Assembly: GCF_001194135.2 (NCBI RefSeq)
Contig: NC_068981.1
Location: 108,043,359 to 108,107,358 of the forward strand
Direction of reading: 5' to 3'
DNA: 64,000 nucleotides
Origin: Octopus bimaculoides
Taxonomy: Eukaryota
Notes under the pieces: model-generated
Told to the model about the DNA's origin: nothing
What the model saw: only the letters and a program-made list of their open reading frames with translations
Database searches by the model: none
In this document: in pieces, positions 23,609 through 37,592 of the stretch
Position numbering within the stretch: the first letter of the stretch is position 1
Layout of the letters: every line of letters starts with the position of its first letter
Made by a program: the position numbers and the translations under genes

Positions 23609-25650
23609 ATCATCATCATCGTTTAACATCCGTTTTCCATCTTGGCTTGGGTTGGATGGTTTGACTGAGGTCTAGAGAACCAGTAGCAATGTTTCTACTG
23701 CTGGATACCCTTCCTAATGCCAACCACTCTAAGAGTGTAGTGGGTGCTTTTTACATGCCACCAGCACAGGAGCCAGTCAGGCGGGCCTGGCATCGATCAC
23801 ATTTGGATAGTGCTTTTTACGTGCCACTGGCACCAGAGTCAGTCAAGGGGTACTGGCATCAGCCACATTCAGATGGTGCTTTTTTTATGTGCCACCAGAC
23901 CAGGAGCCAGTCAAGCAGCCCTGGCATCGGTCACATTCGGATAGTGCTTTTTACATACCACTGGCATGATAGCCAGTCAGTGGGTGTGGGCATTGGCCAC
24001 TTTCGGATGTTGCTTTTTATGTGCCACCAGCACGGGAGCCAGTCAGGCAGACCTGGCATCTACCACATTTGGATTGTGCTTTTTACGTTCCACCCACATG
24101 GAAGCCAGTCAGGGGGCACTGGCCACAGCTACGATTTTGGTTTTACTTGACTCAACAGGTCTTCTCAAGCATACCATATCGCACAACACATCAAGAGTAC
24201 TCTTAAATAGGCTGGACATGCAACACTAGTATCAGCCATGGCAGCAATCTCACTGTAGTCGCTGGGTCTTCTCAATCACATCTCCAAAGGTCTTGGTCTC
24301 CTGTTATTGCCTCTGTGAAGCACCATGTTCGGAGTTATTCTTCACCACCTCATCCCATGTCTTCCTGGGCCTACCTCTTCCACAGTTATGGTGTGGCACT
24401 TCCTCACACAGCTGTCCTCATCCATACGTAATACATGACCATACCAGTGCAGTCGTCTCTCTTGCACACCACATTTGATGCTTTTTATGCCAAACTTTTC
24501 TCTCAGGGCGCTCACACTCTATCGTGTATGCACACTGTCATAACACATCCAGCTGATCATAGTAGCTTCATTTCTTTCAAGCCTACACATGTCTTCAGCA
24601 GTCATGGCTCATGTTTCACTGCCGTGTAGCATGGCGGTTCACACACAGACATCGTACAGTCAACTTTTCATCCTGAGCGAGAGGCGCTTAGTTGCCTGCA
24701 GAGGCAGGAGGTCCCTGAACTTTGCCCAGGTTATCCTTATTCTAGCCGCTACACTCTCAGAGCAACCCCTCCCCACTCCAGACTTGATTGCCTAGGTAGC
24801 GGAAGCTATCAACTACTTCTAGTTTTTCCTCCGGCATGTGAAGGAATCTGTTTTCTGTACATCTTCAGTGTTTATTGCCGCTGTGCATTTGCCGCACTCG
24901 AAAACGATCTTCCTGGTTAACCTTCCTTTGATATTGCTGCACCTTTTATTTGTCCATAGCTTACACCAGGTATATTGTATGCAGTTTCTACCTATGCCTT
25001 TTTCTACAGATTGAGCAGGGCCATCTACCTGAAGGGGTTTGAGATTTGTCAGCCTTCCTAACTACTAAGACTTTGGTTTTTGCTAGGTTAACCTAAGGCC
25101 CTTCAATTTTAGACCTTGCTTCCACACCCTAAACGTCGTCTCTAGTTCTGTCACTGACTCAGCTATTAGAGCAAGGTCATCAGCATAGAGGAGCTCCCAG
25201 GGGCAGCCTGTCTTGAATTCCTCTGTTATTTGCCTGGAAGACTATGATGAAGATGAGAGAGCTGAGGATTGATCCTTGGTTAACCCCTACTTCTATCCGG
25301 AATTCTTCACTATACTTGTTGCCAACCCTCACCCTACTGACAGCGTCCCTGTACAGGGCTTGTAAGCTCTTACCAACCACTCGTCTATCCCCAGTTTCTG
25401 TATTGATCACCAGATAAGGGATCGGGAGACCCTGTCAAAGGCTTTCTCCAAGTCAACAATAGCCAAGTACATATGTTTATCTTTGGCTAGATATTTCTCC
25501 TGCAAGCATCAGTGGTGCTTCTACCTGGTACCAAACTGCATCTCATCTAGGCTAACCCTCTCCGTAATTAGTTAGACAATGACTCTCTCTGTAACTTTGA
25601 TCACCTGATCCAATAATTTGATGCCCCTGTAGTTATTTCTATCTAAAGCA
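23609..25650 (-). mobile_element. 5'-truncated RTE LINE (RT C-terminal half plus 3' UTR)
   Basis: NNYRGIKLLDQV, DLEKAFD, GVNQGSILS and PWELLYADDL motifs on the minus strand. The 3' end is GTTAAACGATGATGATG. Confidence 0.93.
23744..24125. repeat. 66-bp tandem array (about 6 units) in the RTE 3' UTR
   Basis: The GTGCTTTTT anchor recurs at 23744, 23810, 23876, 23944, 24010 and 24076. Confidence 0.9.
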
Positions 25651-27019
25651 TATATATACATATATACATGCTAGAAGTTAAAATTTATGTCATCTAAGAA
25701 AGAGGAACATGTTTATGAAATATTTCAAACTACATATTCACAGACAATGTTATAATTTGTTATCTAGTATATAAAGAAAGCTGCAAAGTTTGCAATTCAT
25801 ACTATTTTAACGTACAAGTGATGGCCCTGTAATACCATCCTGTCCTAAATTGCCTGTGTTACAGTGTTTATGATTTAAATTCAAAACCTGTATGTTAGTA
25901 ACATAAAATTTCCATTGGTAGAAATTCCATAATAGTTTTATGAAGAAACTTTTTAAGTTGTATTCCAAACTATATACAGATAAAATAAATGAAACTGTAC
26001 TTGATTGCATGACCTGCTAGAAATAGCAGTCACCTCTAGCTAAAAAAGACAGCAGATCTGAGAAAAACTATGGGATGTTATGGCTTGAACAATACCTTCA
26101 GCCTGTTTCATCATTTATTAGATGATTGTCTCTGAGATAGCGAAAGTGAAATGAAATTAAAGAAAATTTTTGATTCTAAAACTTAACTGCTACACATTTT
26201 CTTGTTAAAAACACAATCACAAAAGAGTCTATCATCCTGCTTTACATTTCTATAGTTTTCAATATGAGCAGTCTGCACACTTCTTGTATAATGCATTCTT
26301 ATTATTTTTAAATTACTCATTCTGCAAACTCTGTTATATCATTCTAATTGTTACTTTAATTTAACAGTAAATTTTAGGGTTAAGGCAGGTGAAAATTCCC
26401 TTTCATCTTTCATTTCCCTGAAATAACTTGTGATATTACAGTAACAAAATTCATATTTGAAAGTTTCAACTTATATTTGGCATTTACAAAGTTATAAATA
26501 TAATTAACAACAATAATTTGAATGACAAAACAATCTGCATCAGGCTTTGGTGAATTATATGTTCTTCAAAGTCACTAGAGAATATCATAAAAGAGAATTT
26601 TAATGGCCTGTTGGTATACATTCAATTAACATTTTATTTTATCATAATACAAAATAATAGGGAAATTACCAAAATCTAACAAAATTCTCTGAAACAGTTG
26701 GAGGGTGAAAGTATTTAATGAATTAATAATTACAAGTAATACCAGAGTATTTAGGTTCCCTGCAGCTCTCAAATCAAATTGCTCAATAGACAACTTTGCC
26801 TTTCATTCTTGTAGAGTTAACAGAAAAGTACCAGAACCACAATGAAAATGATTCAATCAGCTACAGTTCTCCCTTGTGGAAATGTGGCATCGTGCCTTGC
26901 AAAAACAAATCAATATTTTATGATTTAGAGAAATTTCCGATGAGGAAGATTTGTTCTTTTCTGTCTTGCAAGTTATTTGACAATCTCACTAATGCCAGTG
27001 GCATGCATGAAAAAAAAAC

Positions 27020-27200
27020 ACCCAGTACACACTGTAGAGTAACTAGCTTTAGGAAGAGCATCCAGCTGTAAAAACCATGCGAAGGCTGACACGGAGCTCT
27101 GTGCAGCCCTTCAGGTTGCTGGATACTGTTGAAACATCCAACCCATGCCAGCAAGGAAAACTGATTTTAAATGACAACAATGATAATGATGATGATGATA
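27020..27200 (+). mobile_element. RTE LINE 3' end fragment
   Basis: GGAAGAGCATCCAGCTGTA ... AACCCATGCCAGC ... (GAT)n tail. Confidence 0.7.
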
Positions 27201-27229
27201 TAATGAGTAAGGTTACATCAAACGGTGTA

Positions 27230-27883
27230 TAATAGATTATTGCTTGGACTGGATCAAATACCTAACATCCAACATCAAACAATGGGATACAGAATGCAGG
27301 TGAACAAGAGTTGATCATACAAAATGTAGCAGTTGAGATAATGACAGTATAATAAAGCAAAAGATGGACTGGCGGTTGTTAATAACAACAAAGTATTTAT
27401 AAATGTATTATACAGAATGAGTATTAAAAATATAATTAAACTAGAAAACAGGAAAATTCAAGTCCATAGAATGGCAGAAATCCAGGAAACTTATTATCTA
27501 ATATCACAGACAGAGAGGAGAATCCTAGCAATCCTCCTCTATATTAGTTCTTCATAGATTGATAAATATTCGGAGAGTTCATACTCTAACATCACAAATA
27601 AGAGAGAGAGAAGAATGCAAACAATCTGATGATGAGGTAGATGACACAGTAATTTATATTTGTGTTATTCATATGCATTTACGGACCAATTTACTTCTTG
27701 TAAATGTATGCAAGGCACATTATTGCACTTGCTGATCATCAAAATCCTAGAACAGCTGTAAAGGATTGCCCATAAGGTAATATCTTATTTTAGTTTTTGA
27801 CAGGAAGGTATCCAGCTGTAGAAAATTTGCCTCAATGCATTCTGTCTGATTCATACAAGTATGGAAAAGAGGATGTTAAAATA

Positions 27884-27918
<35 letters not shown>

Positions 27919-29500
27919 AGTTGAACATAAATACTGAAATAAAAAAGAGTGTTTTATAACTGAGAATGATACTCCCAAGAAGGACCTAAGTTTTCATATA
28001 AGGTCTGAGGATGGATTGAAACAACACCAAAAGAAGCTGAGAAGATTGAAATATATAATAAATATACTAAATGAGATAAAAAGTCAGCTAGACTGGTAAG
28101 ATATTGTGATATAAGAGTTGATTTGGAAATACCACTTGAAAGGTATATTCATAATGATGTTATGATGATGGATTGTACGACTCAAGCATTTTATGAAATG
28201 GCATGGGAAGATTGATGTGATAAATAAAACATGTGTTATGGAAAATATTAATTTCAAACGGGAAATCATATTTATGTTCTTATATGAAATAATTTGTTGA
28301 GTACTGAAGAGCTTGGGTACTGAAACGGGGACAAAATAACCATTTCTGGTTCATGAATTCATATCTGGACTGGAAATGCTACCCATAATTTAGCACCAAG
28401 TCAAGTTATTGTCTCATCTTCTTCATTCTACAAAATCCAGATTTAAATATCAATTCTATTTTGAAATGGAGACATTTTCTGTAGAGGTTGAGTATTAATC
28501 TAACTATGAACACCTTTAAACACAATTTATAATACAAATATAAATTCTGAGTTTTCATTTATAATACTGCATCTCATTGTTTGGATGTTCTAATCACAAA
28601 AAGGAGGACTCCGCATTGTCCTTACTGCATTTCAGTCTTTCTGGTTAAGTCAAATCTAACATGGAATCAATTAGCCATTTCCAGTCATTGCATGTGGACA
28701 CCAAAGTATTTCAGTTAATTTTCTGCAATACACATCTGTAATATCAATTGCTTTGTTTTGCTTTTTTAAGATTGGCAGCAGCATTTCAAGTCTCCTTTAT
28801 CCACCATCACTAATTTATGACACTTCCAATAGACATCAAATTGTCTATCTCCTCCACATACATTATCTAACATGTCAGATTCTCAGTTTTATCCTTAATT
28901 CATTAGACACATAAGTGTCATGGTGAGAAATGGTTTGATGTTCCAACCAAAACCTTTTTATTTTATCAATTTCTTCACATTCTTGTGGTATTTATCCTTT
29001 TTACATATCTAATAACCAAGCAAATTGTGCCTGTTTATACTGACATTACAAACAAGACAGGTTATAGTTACTCAATGTGTAATGATAGAAACATGTTTAT
29101 ATTGTATTATCAGAGTAATTACTACCATATTCTGCAAGTCATTTCTTTATTACCGATCATGTAATTTCTAAATGTATAAAATTCTTCATGTGATTTCACC
29201 ATGACCATATTTCATGCATGAAAAAATAGCAAAGTACCAGGACTTAGCTATTGAATTACAGAGATTATGGAAAATATGGGTAAAACGTATCACAATGGTT
29301 ATAAGTGCATTGGGAACTATCCCTAAAGATCTGCACTGATGGATAGAGGAAATAGGCATAAAACCTAGTTTAGTACAGCTCCAGAATACAGTGTTATTAG
29401 GGACAGCTAGGATACTTAGGAAGGTTTTTGGCATCTAAGATTACTTGTAGCCCGATGTTAGGATTTTTTCTTTCCCAAAGTGACCATTATAACAAGAACA
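27230..29500 (+). mobile_element. Highly degraded R4/Dong-type (restriction-like endonuclease) LINE
   Basis: The C-terminus EKIAKYQDLAIELQRLWKI..VISALGTIPKDL..LQNTVLLGTARILRKVFGI* at 29217-29438 is clear. Weaker RT remnants (ENINFKREI) near 28240. Confidence 0.7.
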
Positions 29501-30959
29501 ATTCTGATGAGTTATGTCTGATGTAAAATTTCTTTTTGAAATATATAATAAATTATATTTAAAATCACCTATCAGTAAACCCCAGAAGTTTGAAACGTGG
29601 GAAGAAATTCCTTACTCATTATGATTGAACGAACAGAGCTGTATAAAAGTGCTGACTAAAATAATGATCAACTTAGGTCAAATGTCATGTGTAACCTGTC
29701 TTCAAGAAAATATTCCAAGTGGTGTAATTCTATTCATTGCAAACTGACAGCATATTTTTAATAAATACACCTTGCATTCTTTCTACATTGTCTGTCTCCA
29801 ACCCAAGTCAGCTTTGATAAAGCAACCTTATGATCAAACCAAAAACATTCTAGCTGGGACCATTCCATCTTTTTCCTATATGCAGCCAACCTAGAACTAT
29901 ATTATCCAACGTATTCTTTTTTGAAACTGTGGTGAATGACTTGGTTGTTGTTTCTAGCAAGTTAAGCAACCATTTAGAAGCATTCTTGTTGGCTCATTCA
30001 GTTATGTTACAGCAGATAAAATAGTTATTACTCAAAATTAATGCCTTATGAACTTCAAATATGACAATGTTTCTCTGTTAATTAGCCCATCCATAGCACT
30101 TCCATGTGATTTAGTTGAAGGGGGAATGGGTGGGGAGATGGGGAGGGGAGGAGAGAGATAGGGACAGGAAGGGCAGCAGGAGAGATGGTGATGAGTGAAA
30201 TGTGTATTTTTTTTTAACTAAGTTTTTTTCCCTCTGTTGTATAGCCTGTCTGTGATGCTTTCACATGATTAGTTGAAAGGAAAGGCAAAGAGCAAAAGAA
30301 AAAGGAGAGAAAAAGAGGGTAAGGCGAAGAGTGAGAGAGAAAGTGCAGTGTATCAAGTCTATAAAATTGTGCATAAAGTATATAAAGTGCATTAAATAAT
30401 CATTGTATTCCAATTTCCTTCACTTTTCAATGATTAGCAGATGAGTGATTATCTTTTGATACAGACACAACACAGGCTACACTTTCAGGTTTTTGGATAA
30501 AGTTTTCAGAAATAACCCAATAACTTTACTATTAATTCCATGAAATATTCACGGGTCTTGCTAGTAGTTATAAATGAATCAAAAATTAAAGGAAGGTGAA
30601 ATTTATCAAACCCCAAAGTATGTGCAAGTTAGAGCTTTCATGTTTCCCCACTTCAACAGATTCTCATCATTGTTTAATATTTGTTTAACTATGCTAGGCT
30701 ATACCAGATAGTAATTATTTTGTGCCTATAATTAGGATGGTGGATTGGCAGAATCATTAAAGCAATAGAAAACATGCTTTGTAACGTTTGTTCCAGCTCA
30801 AATTCTTCCAAGATCAACTTTGCCCATGTACTGGGGATCAATGTAATGGGCTAAACCCTTTCCCCCAAATTACTAGCCTTGTAACCAAATTAGAGACAAT
30901 TATTTTATGTTTGTACCAAATCTTAACACTTTTTATGCACTGTTTCTTTTTATTTCTCA

Positions 30960-32445
30960 AACCAAGAAGAATCCAATAGTGGGTACATTCTGAAAGTACT
31001 TCACATGAGCAGACCATGATTCCTCCTACATCAACATGGTGCTCCCTTGGAACCATAATTACTGACCTGGCTTTCAAGTCCATCTTTCAATCCAAAATAG
31101 CTAACCTTGAACAACTTAAAAAAAAATCTTGAGGTAATCAAGCCCCACCAAAGTTTTTTAATACTTAGGAATTACTTGTCAATTCCCAGTCTATTGTATT
31201 TTCTGTTATCCCTCCAATACTTTGACAACCTAATCTTCAGGAAAGTTGAATGCTTGGTCAACGTCAAACTCTCCCCAGAGTTCCACGACCAGGCTGCTTG
31301 GCCCAAAAGGTTTGGGGGTCTAGGTCTACACAAGTGCTCATCTCTATCTCTTCCCTATTTTCTTTCCTCCATCCATGCTTGCTCCCCTTTGGTAGGCAAC
31401 ATCCTTTCCTCTCTAACATGGACTAATTCCAACAGGGAGATGAATGAAGCTCTATTACAGTGGTGAGAGCTGGGTTTGTCAGTTCCTGTTACAGTTGAGA
31501 ATAGACGGAAGCAGAGAGTATGGGACAATCTGTGTTAAGGTGCCACTTTCAACCCTCTCCTTGATCAATCTGATCAATTTTCAAGGTGTCACCTACTTTC
31601 AGTTAGTGCAAAATTCTCAGGGGATTGGATTGATGCCCTACCTGTGGCCAACATTGGAGGTCTACTCAGTCTAGATGAACTCCACATCTCCATTGCACTC
31701 AGAGTGGGAACTGACATCTGTAGGAGACTGAGACGTCGCTCTGGTAGGCCCCTCAATGCACAGGTCTTCACAATCTGTTTTGCTGCTTAAATGCTGGTCA
31801 CTTCACTCGTCACACAGAGCTAAATCTAGTCATTAAGTGGGCCCTGGCTTGGATTAATATCCCCTTAATTCTGGAGCTTACGAGATTATCTAGAAACATT
31901 CTATCCCTTGGTTAGAGGTAGGTGCCTCATTTGGGATGCCACAGTCTGCGACTCTGTTGCTCCCTCCCACATCCTTGATACTGTAGTAAATGGGAGGATC
32001 ACTGCTTCTGTAGCCGAACAGAAGAAAACCCTGAGGTATTGGGACCTGACAGTGAACTATCTCTTCCAACTTGTGGCGTTTGAGATGTTCGGAGGGACTG
32101 AGCAACTAACTGCGAATTTCTTGTCATCGTTGGCAGCTCGCCTCATCTAGGTGTCAGATGATGCCTATGTTGCCGCTTGACTTTTCCAACGCATTAGCCT
32201 CGCCATCGCCCGTGATAATGTTGCGAGCGTACTTGCTTGCTTCAGTAGGTTCTGTTGAACCTTGTGGTGTGCGCTACCAGTTAAAGTGCTTGGTGCTGCA
32301 TTGTTTTCTCTCTCTCTCTCTTTCTTCCCCACTAATGATTTCAATGCAGTTTTAGCAGAAAGATTTGGAAAAATTAGAAAAAAGTTCTCCGGTAATTTCC
32401 TTTCATGTAAATAAATATTTCTGTTAACTTTAAAAAAATAAAACT
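30960..32445 (+). mobile_element. Degenerate CRE-clade non-LTR retrotransposon, 3' half
   Basis: PKRFGGLGL, GDWIDALPVANIG..LHISIALRVG, the zinc-knuckle HNLFC..G..RHTELN, RLE core GRCLIWDATVCD..AEQKKTLRY..FQLVAFEMFG, and FQRISLAIAR; A-rich tail near 32430. Confidence 0.85.
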
Positions 32446-32899
32446 TGAAAAAACTATATTAACTGACATGTTTTAATAAATGGCTTCTACAATGAATTAA
32501 ACTAATAGAGAGACTGGAATAGTAAAATAGCTGATATAAAGAGATTCATTTTGATTCAAAGAATTTTTAAAAATTAAAAAGTTATAGAAATTTCCTTTAT
32601 GTTTTATTTATTTATTTACCAAGAATTACGTGACAGAACAGGTGGTTCAGCACCACTAGGTTGGTAATAGTAAGTAATTAGTTTTCCGTTGAAACATTAG
32701 TTTTGAACATGCATATTTGTGGATAGTGCAACACTTGTTATCAAAATACAGGTTACACAAGTCTGCGTTAGTAATTTGTTATCTTGCCAGATTCCTATTC
32801 ATACCTGTAGATCTTTTTCATACAAAAACTTATTGAATAAAATGTTTATAAATAACGATAAATGTGAATCAGTCTGAAAAAACCTGAAACACATGCAGT

Positions 32900-34700
32900 A
32901 GCTGTAATTTTGTATAACGGTTTCGAACGACGCAGTATTATTAACCGAATTTGTACTTACAGTAGTGATCGATCGAAAACCATTTCACCTTAACTAGAAA
33001 TTATAGATATGCGGCATTGCTTTGTTTCGCAACAGAGAAAACAGAGCTAATTAGTAACATTAGTAAAGCAATTACAATAAGAAATAATACAGATGTCTTT
33101 AAACAGCTAATCTTAACAATTCACGTGACTTACAATATTTCTAATGTTGGAGAGAGAAGACAAAAGGAATTGCTGGGTGGGGGATTAGGAAGAGAACGTA
33201 ACCGAAAGCTGGTGGCAGGAGACCAGCAGCATCCATAACCAACGGAGAAAAGGTGCTTGTACCCTATATTAATGATAACAACGTACATTTCCGGCTGCTT
33301 TGATGTTTTTCCTCTGTTTACATTAAGGTCAAAATTTCGATGGTCGGCTTACAATCGAAGGAAATATAATTGTTTTTAAGAACGTTTATTTTCCAAGCAG
33401 CAAATAAATCAATATTCAGGTTTTAGCAACTTCATTTCATTCATCAATTACCTCGAATGAAAATACTCGATTGAACTGTTCAGTTTTCATAGATGCTACA
33501 ATTGTTTACTGCTATGTTTACTTGAAGGTAAGAACAAACGATTTACTTTTTTCTTTAGAGACAAGTCATTGTAACTTGTTTCATTCATTCACTGTATATT
33601 TGCATTCGGGATCTGTTCGACTGACAGTGGCAGTAATGATAATAATAATGTTTATTTTAATCACCAAGGAAATTTCTAGGTGGATTTGCGAGAGATGTTA
33701 AGTTGTATCTAAGGGTGAAATGTGTATGTTGGCACCTTAAATGATATTGCCAAGAAAAAAGGGTGCTAAGTTGACACCTTTAAAGTGACAATTGTTGAAT
33801 GACATGATTTTTCAATTAACAGCGATTGTCTTATGTCGAGGTAAACAATATCGCACTTAGCATGTTCTACTGAATCATGTATATACACTTGACTGAGTGA
33901 ATTCTATCATCTTATTCGGATCTTTCTCTTCTGTAACTTTTAGTTTGCACCAAATATTTTAAGAACTCCCCTGACATCCACCATCATTTATTTAATTGAC
34001 TGTCTCAATATTCAGTTATTTACGTAATTCCGTTTTACGCTATCGTCGCAGCGGAAACTACTTATCAAATTACTCAGTACAGAGCTTCTTCATCAATGAT
34101 TTAGCGAGTTAACCCCTAGCCGCAAATCTATAATGTGAGACCCTTTAACATCTGCGGTACATTTTGAACAGGTTACCTTTAATATTTGATTTGTGTATAT
34201 CTGTACACACCCTTTAGTTCTGTGTAACGAAGCTCATAAAGTCGTTGTGACACTAAACAGACTTAACGGGGCAGGGTTTATTGGAGTTTTAAATATTATT
34301 CAGTAACAGTAACAATCCCCCACCTTTTTTTTTTGCTGTTATCTGTTTTTCAGGAATATTTTTAAACGTTCTTTACGATGTAAAGTAATTACTGTTTGAA
34401 AACATTAAAAAAATTCTTTCCGTGTCCAGTTGAAACATGCATGGATTTTGTTTGGGTCGATGGTGTGATTTTCACTTGTTGTGGTCAGACGAAGATGCTG
34501 GTGCAGTTTAGTATTTCATCATTGCATCATTTAACTTCAATCAATACGCTTGTAATTAGTGGTGAGATGATTAGGAACAAGTTCTTCGTTATTTATATTT
34601 TTGACTGATTTGACGAAGATTTTTTTCAGATCTCTTAGAAGCTAAAAACAAATTATTATTTATCGTATTATGTTAAATAAACACCTTCAGTACACAATTT
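32900..34700. promoter_or_regulatory. CpG-enriched patch, probable promoter/first-exon region
   Basis: Visibly more CG dinucleotides than the CpG-depleted flanks, largely free of repeats, with a + strand donor AAG|GTAAGA at 33528. Inference only. Confidence 0.5.
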
Positions 34701-35643
34701 TGGCATTTTTAATAGTAAAAATAATAAAAAAAAAACAACAATTTATTTAAAATTCTCTTCTTTTGACACTTTGGAGTAATATCTTCTGAAGTAAAAGGCT
34801 CAAGTTGCCAGCAATAATGTTTTGAACTTATTCCTTTAGTTTTTGCTTTATTCTTAGGCTTGCTTTTTAACCTTGACTTGTTGATCATAACAAGGTTGAA
34901 TCTGTTACTTCTGGTCATTTAGATGTTTGTGAAGAAAAAAAAAAAACACTATTAGAATTGTTGAAAGAGCAATCCTTCATTCTGAAGGGGTCGCCTATAC
35001 TAAGGTATTACTCTAATAATAACGATAACTGCTAATAATGGGTAAATTACTTAAGTTAGCATTTTTACCTAATGTAGTTTGTTTAGAAAAGATTTGACAG
35101 TGGTTAAAATATATATTTTACAAAGACTGAAAAACTGAGATAACCTATCTTGAAATAACATTTACATAAAATGTAAAAAGTAAAATATAAGTATGTCTCT
35201 ATTCTTGTTGAGAATCCCAGATGACTGTATTTCTGAGGAGAAAGAATTGGAATTAATGGTTAATGACAGACACGGAGAGCAGGGAATGGTACGGGTACTG
35301 AAAGGAGGAGATACTGGAAGCGATACACTGCTCACAAGTTCCGAGAAGCAGAGGCTCTTGTAGAAGGTACAGTGAGAAATCATTGTGTGTGTGTGTAACA
35401 ACATCACCATCCCAGATGTGATGCAGTATTTCATCGTGGGCCTCACTTGAGCTTTGTAGAGATTCGGCAACTGTAGGGAACTTAATTTTGGGGACTCAGT
35501 TTTGTTCTTATATGATTACGAAATTGCCAGGAGATATTTTCCGGGATTACGAAGGCTAGCATTTGTAGTAATTTTGAGGGCTTTAGTTACTAGTTGTCCA
35601 AGACTATTTAAGATGGGTTAGTGATTAAAAAAAAAAAAATGAA

Positions 35644-35695
<52 letters not shown>

Positions 35696-37160
35696 TGAAC
35701 AAGACAAAATTGCCATGTCCACATTGTAGATTGTTTTTTGGATCATGGTTCATGGAGTGCTAGTTTGACAAGTGTTGTGTAGACAATCCCTGTGGTCATA
35801 AGATTAAAGAAGAGTAGACATAAGTGAAACTTATGGTATGCAAAGGTTTCATAGAGTGTGGATCAGAGATATCTCCATCATTACACAATCTGCAATGTTG
35901 TAATCTGACAGGAAGCTTCCTTCTCCTCTTTTGATGAGAGTTGTTTGGTACTCATGGATATGGACAAAGATGGCAGAAATTTTCAAGAGTAAGGCAACAT
36001 AGATGACATAGGGGAGGCACTAAGAAGGGAATTAATAATGACTTTTTTTATATTTATTATCAGTGAGATAGTGCAAGATAGAGTGATAGTTGGCAGGATC
36101 AGCTGTTGCTACCCTACACTATGACATGTTTCCCAAGATAAGGGAGAGAAATATTGAAGAGTTTGACAAGAGTGAGAACTAGCTCTGGGATGCAATATTT
36201 GAAGACAATACTGTTAGCCTTGTTGGTTTTAAGTGACCAGAAGTGTTTTTGTATTTGGCACATATGTGTATGTTGTGAGATTGATGGAATTCAAAAGCAA
36301 AGATTTGGTAGAATTTTGTTGAGTGTGTGCTGTGAAGCTAGAGGCAAAGTGGGCTACAAATATAGAAGCTTCTTCTACAGAGGTGCTGCATATTGACTTA
36401 TTCTGATTGAAAAGAGGCTTGTTGGAGCAGGATCTCCAAGTGAAATTTGTTCTACCAGAACAGGTTTACTTAAGGCACTGGAAGAACAATCCTCAAAATT
36501 TAGTGGAGCTATGGGATTTCTTTTTTCTCAAGTTCGGCTTAGCAGATAGTCATTGGCCCTTCTTTGACTGTACTGGACCCTCAGTCTAATGTCCAATTGA
36601 ACTCCCCTCTAAAAAGCCCTGAGAGAAGGATTCTGCAAAGGTGGCAATAATTCTTTGGAAAGGTACCAGAAGGACAGGCTGTAATTTGGGAAGCAGAAAA
36701 GCTTTCCAAATTTGTGAGATGCACAGAAGTATTTTACGCTTTTCAGATGATTGTCTTTCAGGAGTTGTAGCATTGGGTTAAAGCTTCTTGTTTGGTAGCA
36801 ACGGGTGAGTTTATAATAGTGGTGTAGTTTCTGCACCTGTACTACCCCAGTGCAGTTGCTTGTGAGTAACACTAGGTAACTTTGATTATTGTCTGTATGT
36901 GAACTACTTTAGTTTATAGGTTTTAGTTGTGTGAAATATGTGAAATAACACGCCTACAGTTGTTTTTACCCTATGAGATTTCAGATGGTTCAGGGGTGAA
37001 GCACATTTGCTATTAGAGGAGAATTAGTGTAAAACTAGCATGGCTCTGTCCAGTTACAAACTGTTCAGTTACAAACTGGCTTGATGTGCCTTAGTGGGTG
37101 GGTGACCATCATTACACAGTGGCTAGGATAATTCAGTAAGTGCAGAATCAGTGGTTTTTC

Positions 37161-37592
37161 GGTAGGGCTGGGTTTGGAAATGATAAACACATTAAAAGTG
37201 TTTGACAAGCTTAAAAATATATTTGTATATATTTGTAAAGTTTACTTTTAAGTCATGTATTTCTTTTCTCAGAAACAGGACATTTTTATTTATGTAGGGG
37301 TCAATGTTGGCTGTGAATCAGTCCCTACTCATTTCATTATGTTATATTTATTTCATCAATCATAGAAGGATCAGAAACAAATTTAACCATGGGGTTATTT
37401 CAACTAAAAACTATGAACCACAAAAAATTCTACGTCTTTCTTTGTTTCAGCTTTCTTCAATTATCAAAATGAGAATTGCAGAATTTTGAATTCATTACAT
37501 TTGTGAACATATTATTTAGACATTAAAATATATATTATAAAATATTTTGCTTTGTTATATTAAACATATAGTTATTAAAAGTATAGTTATTT
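37161..37592 (+). repeat. 432-bp direct repeat, copy 1 (copy 2 at 38878-39309)
   Basis: Compared by eye: about 5 substitutions in 432 bp. Produces the twin ORFs 37304 and 39021. Confidence 0.95.

Noticed and set aside
23689-24229. Repetitive 153-aa ORF and overlapping ORFs
   Set aside because: A by-product of the 66-bp array, antisense to the RTE 3' UTR.
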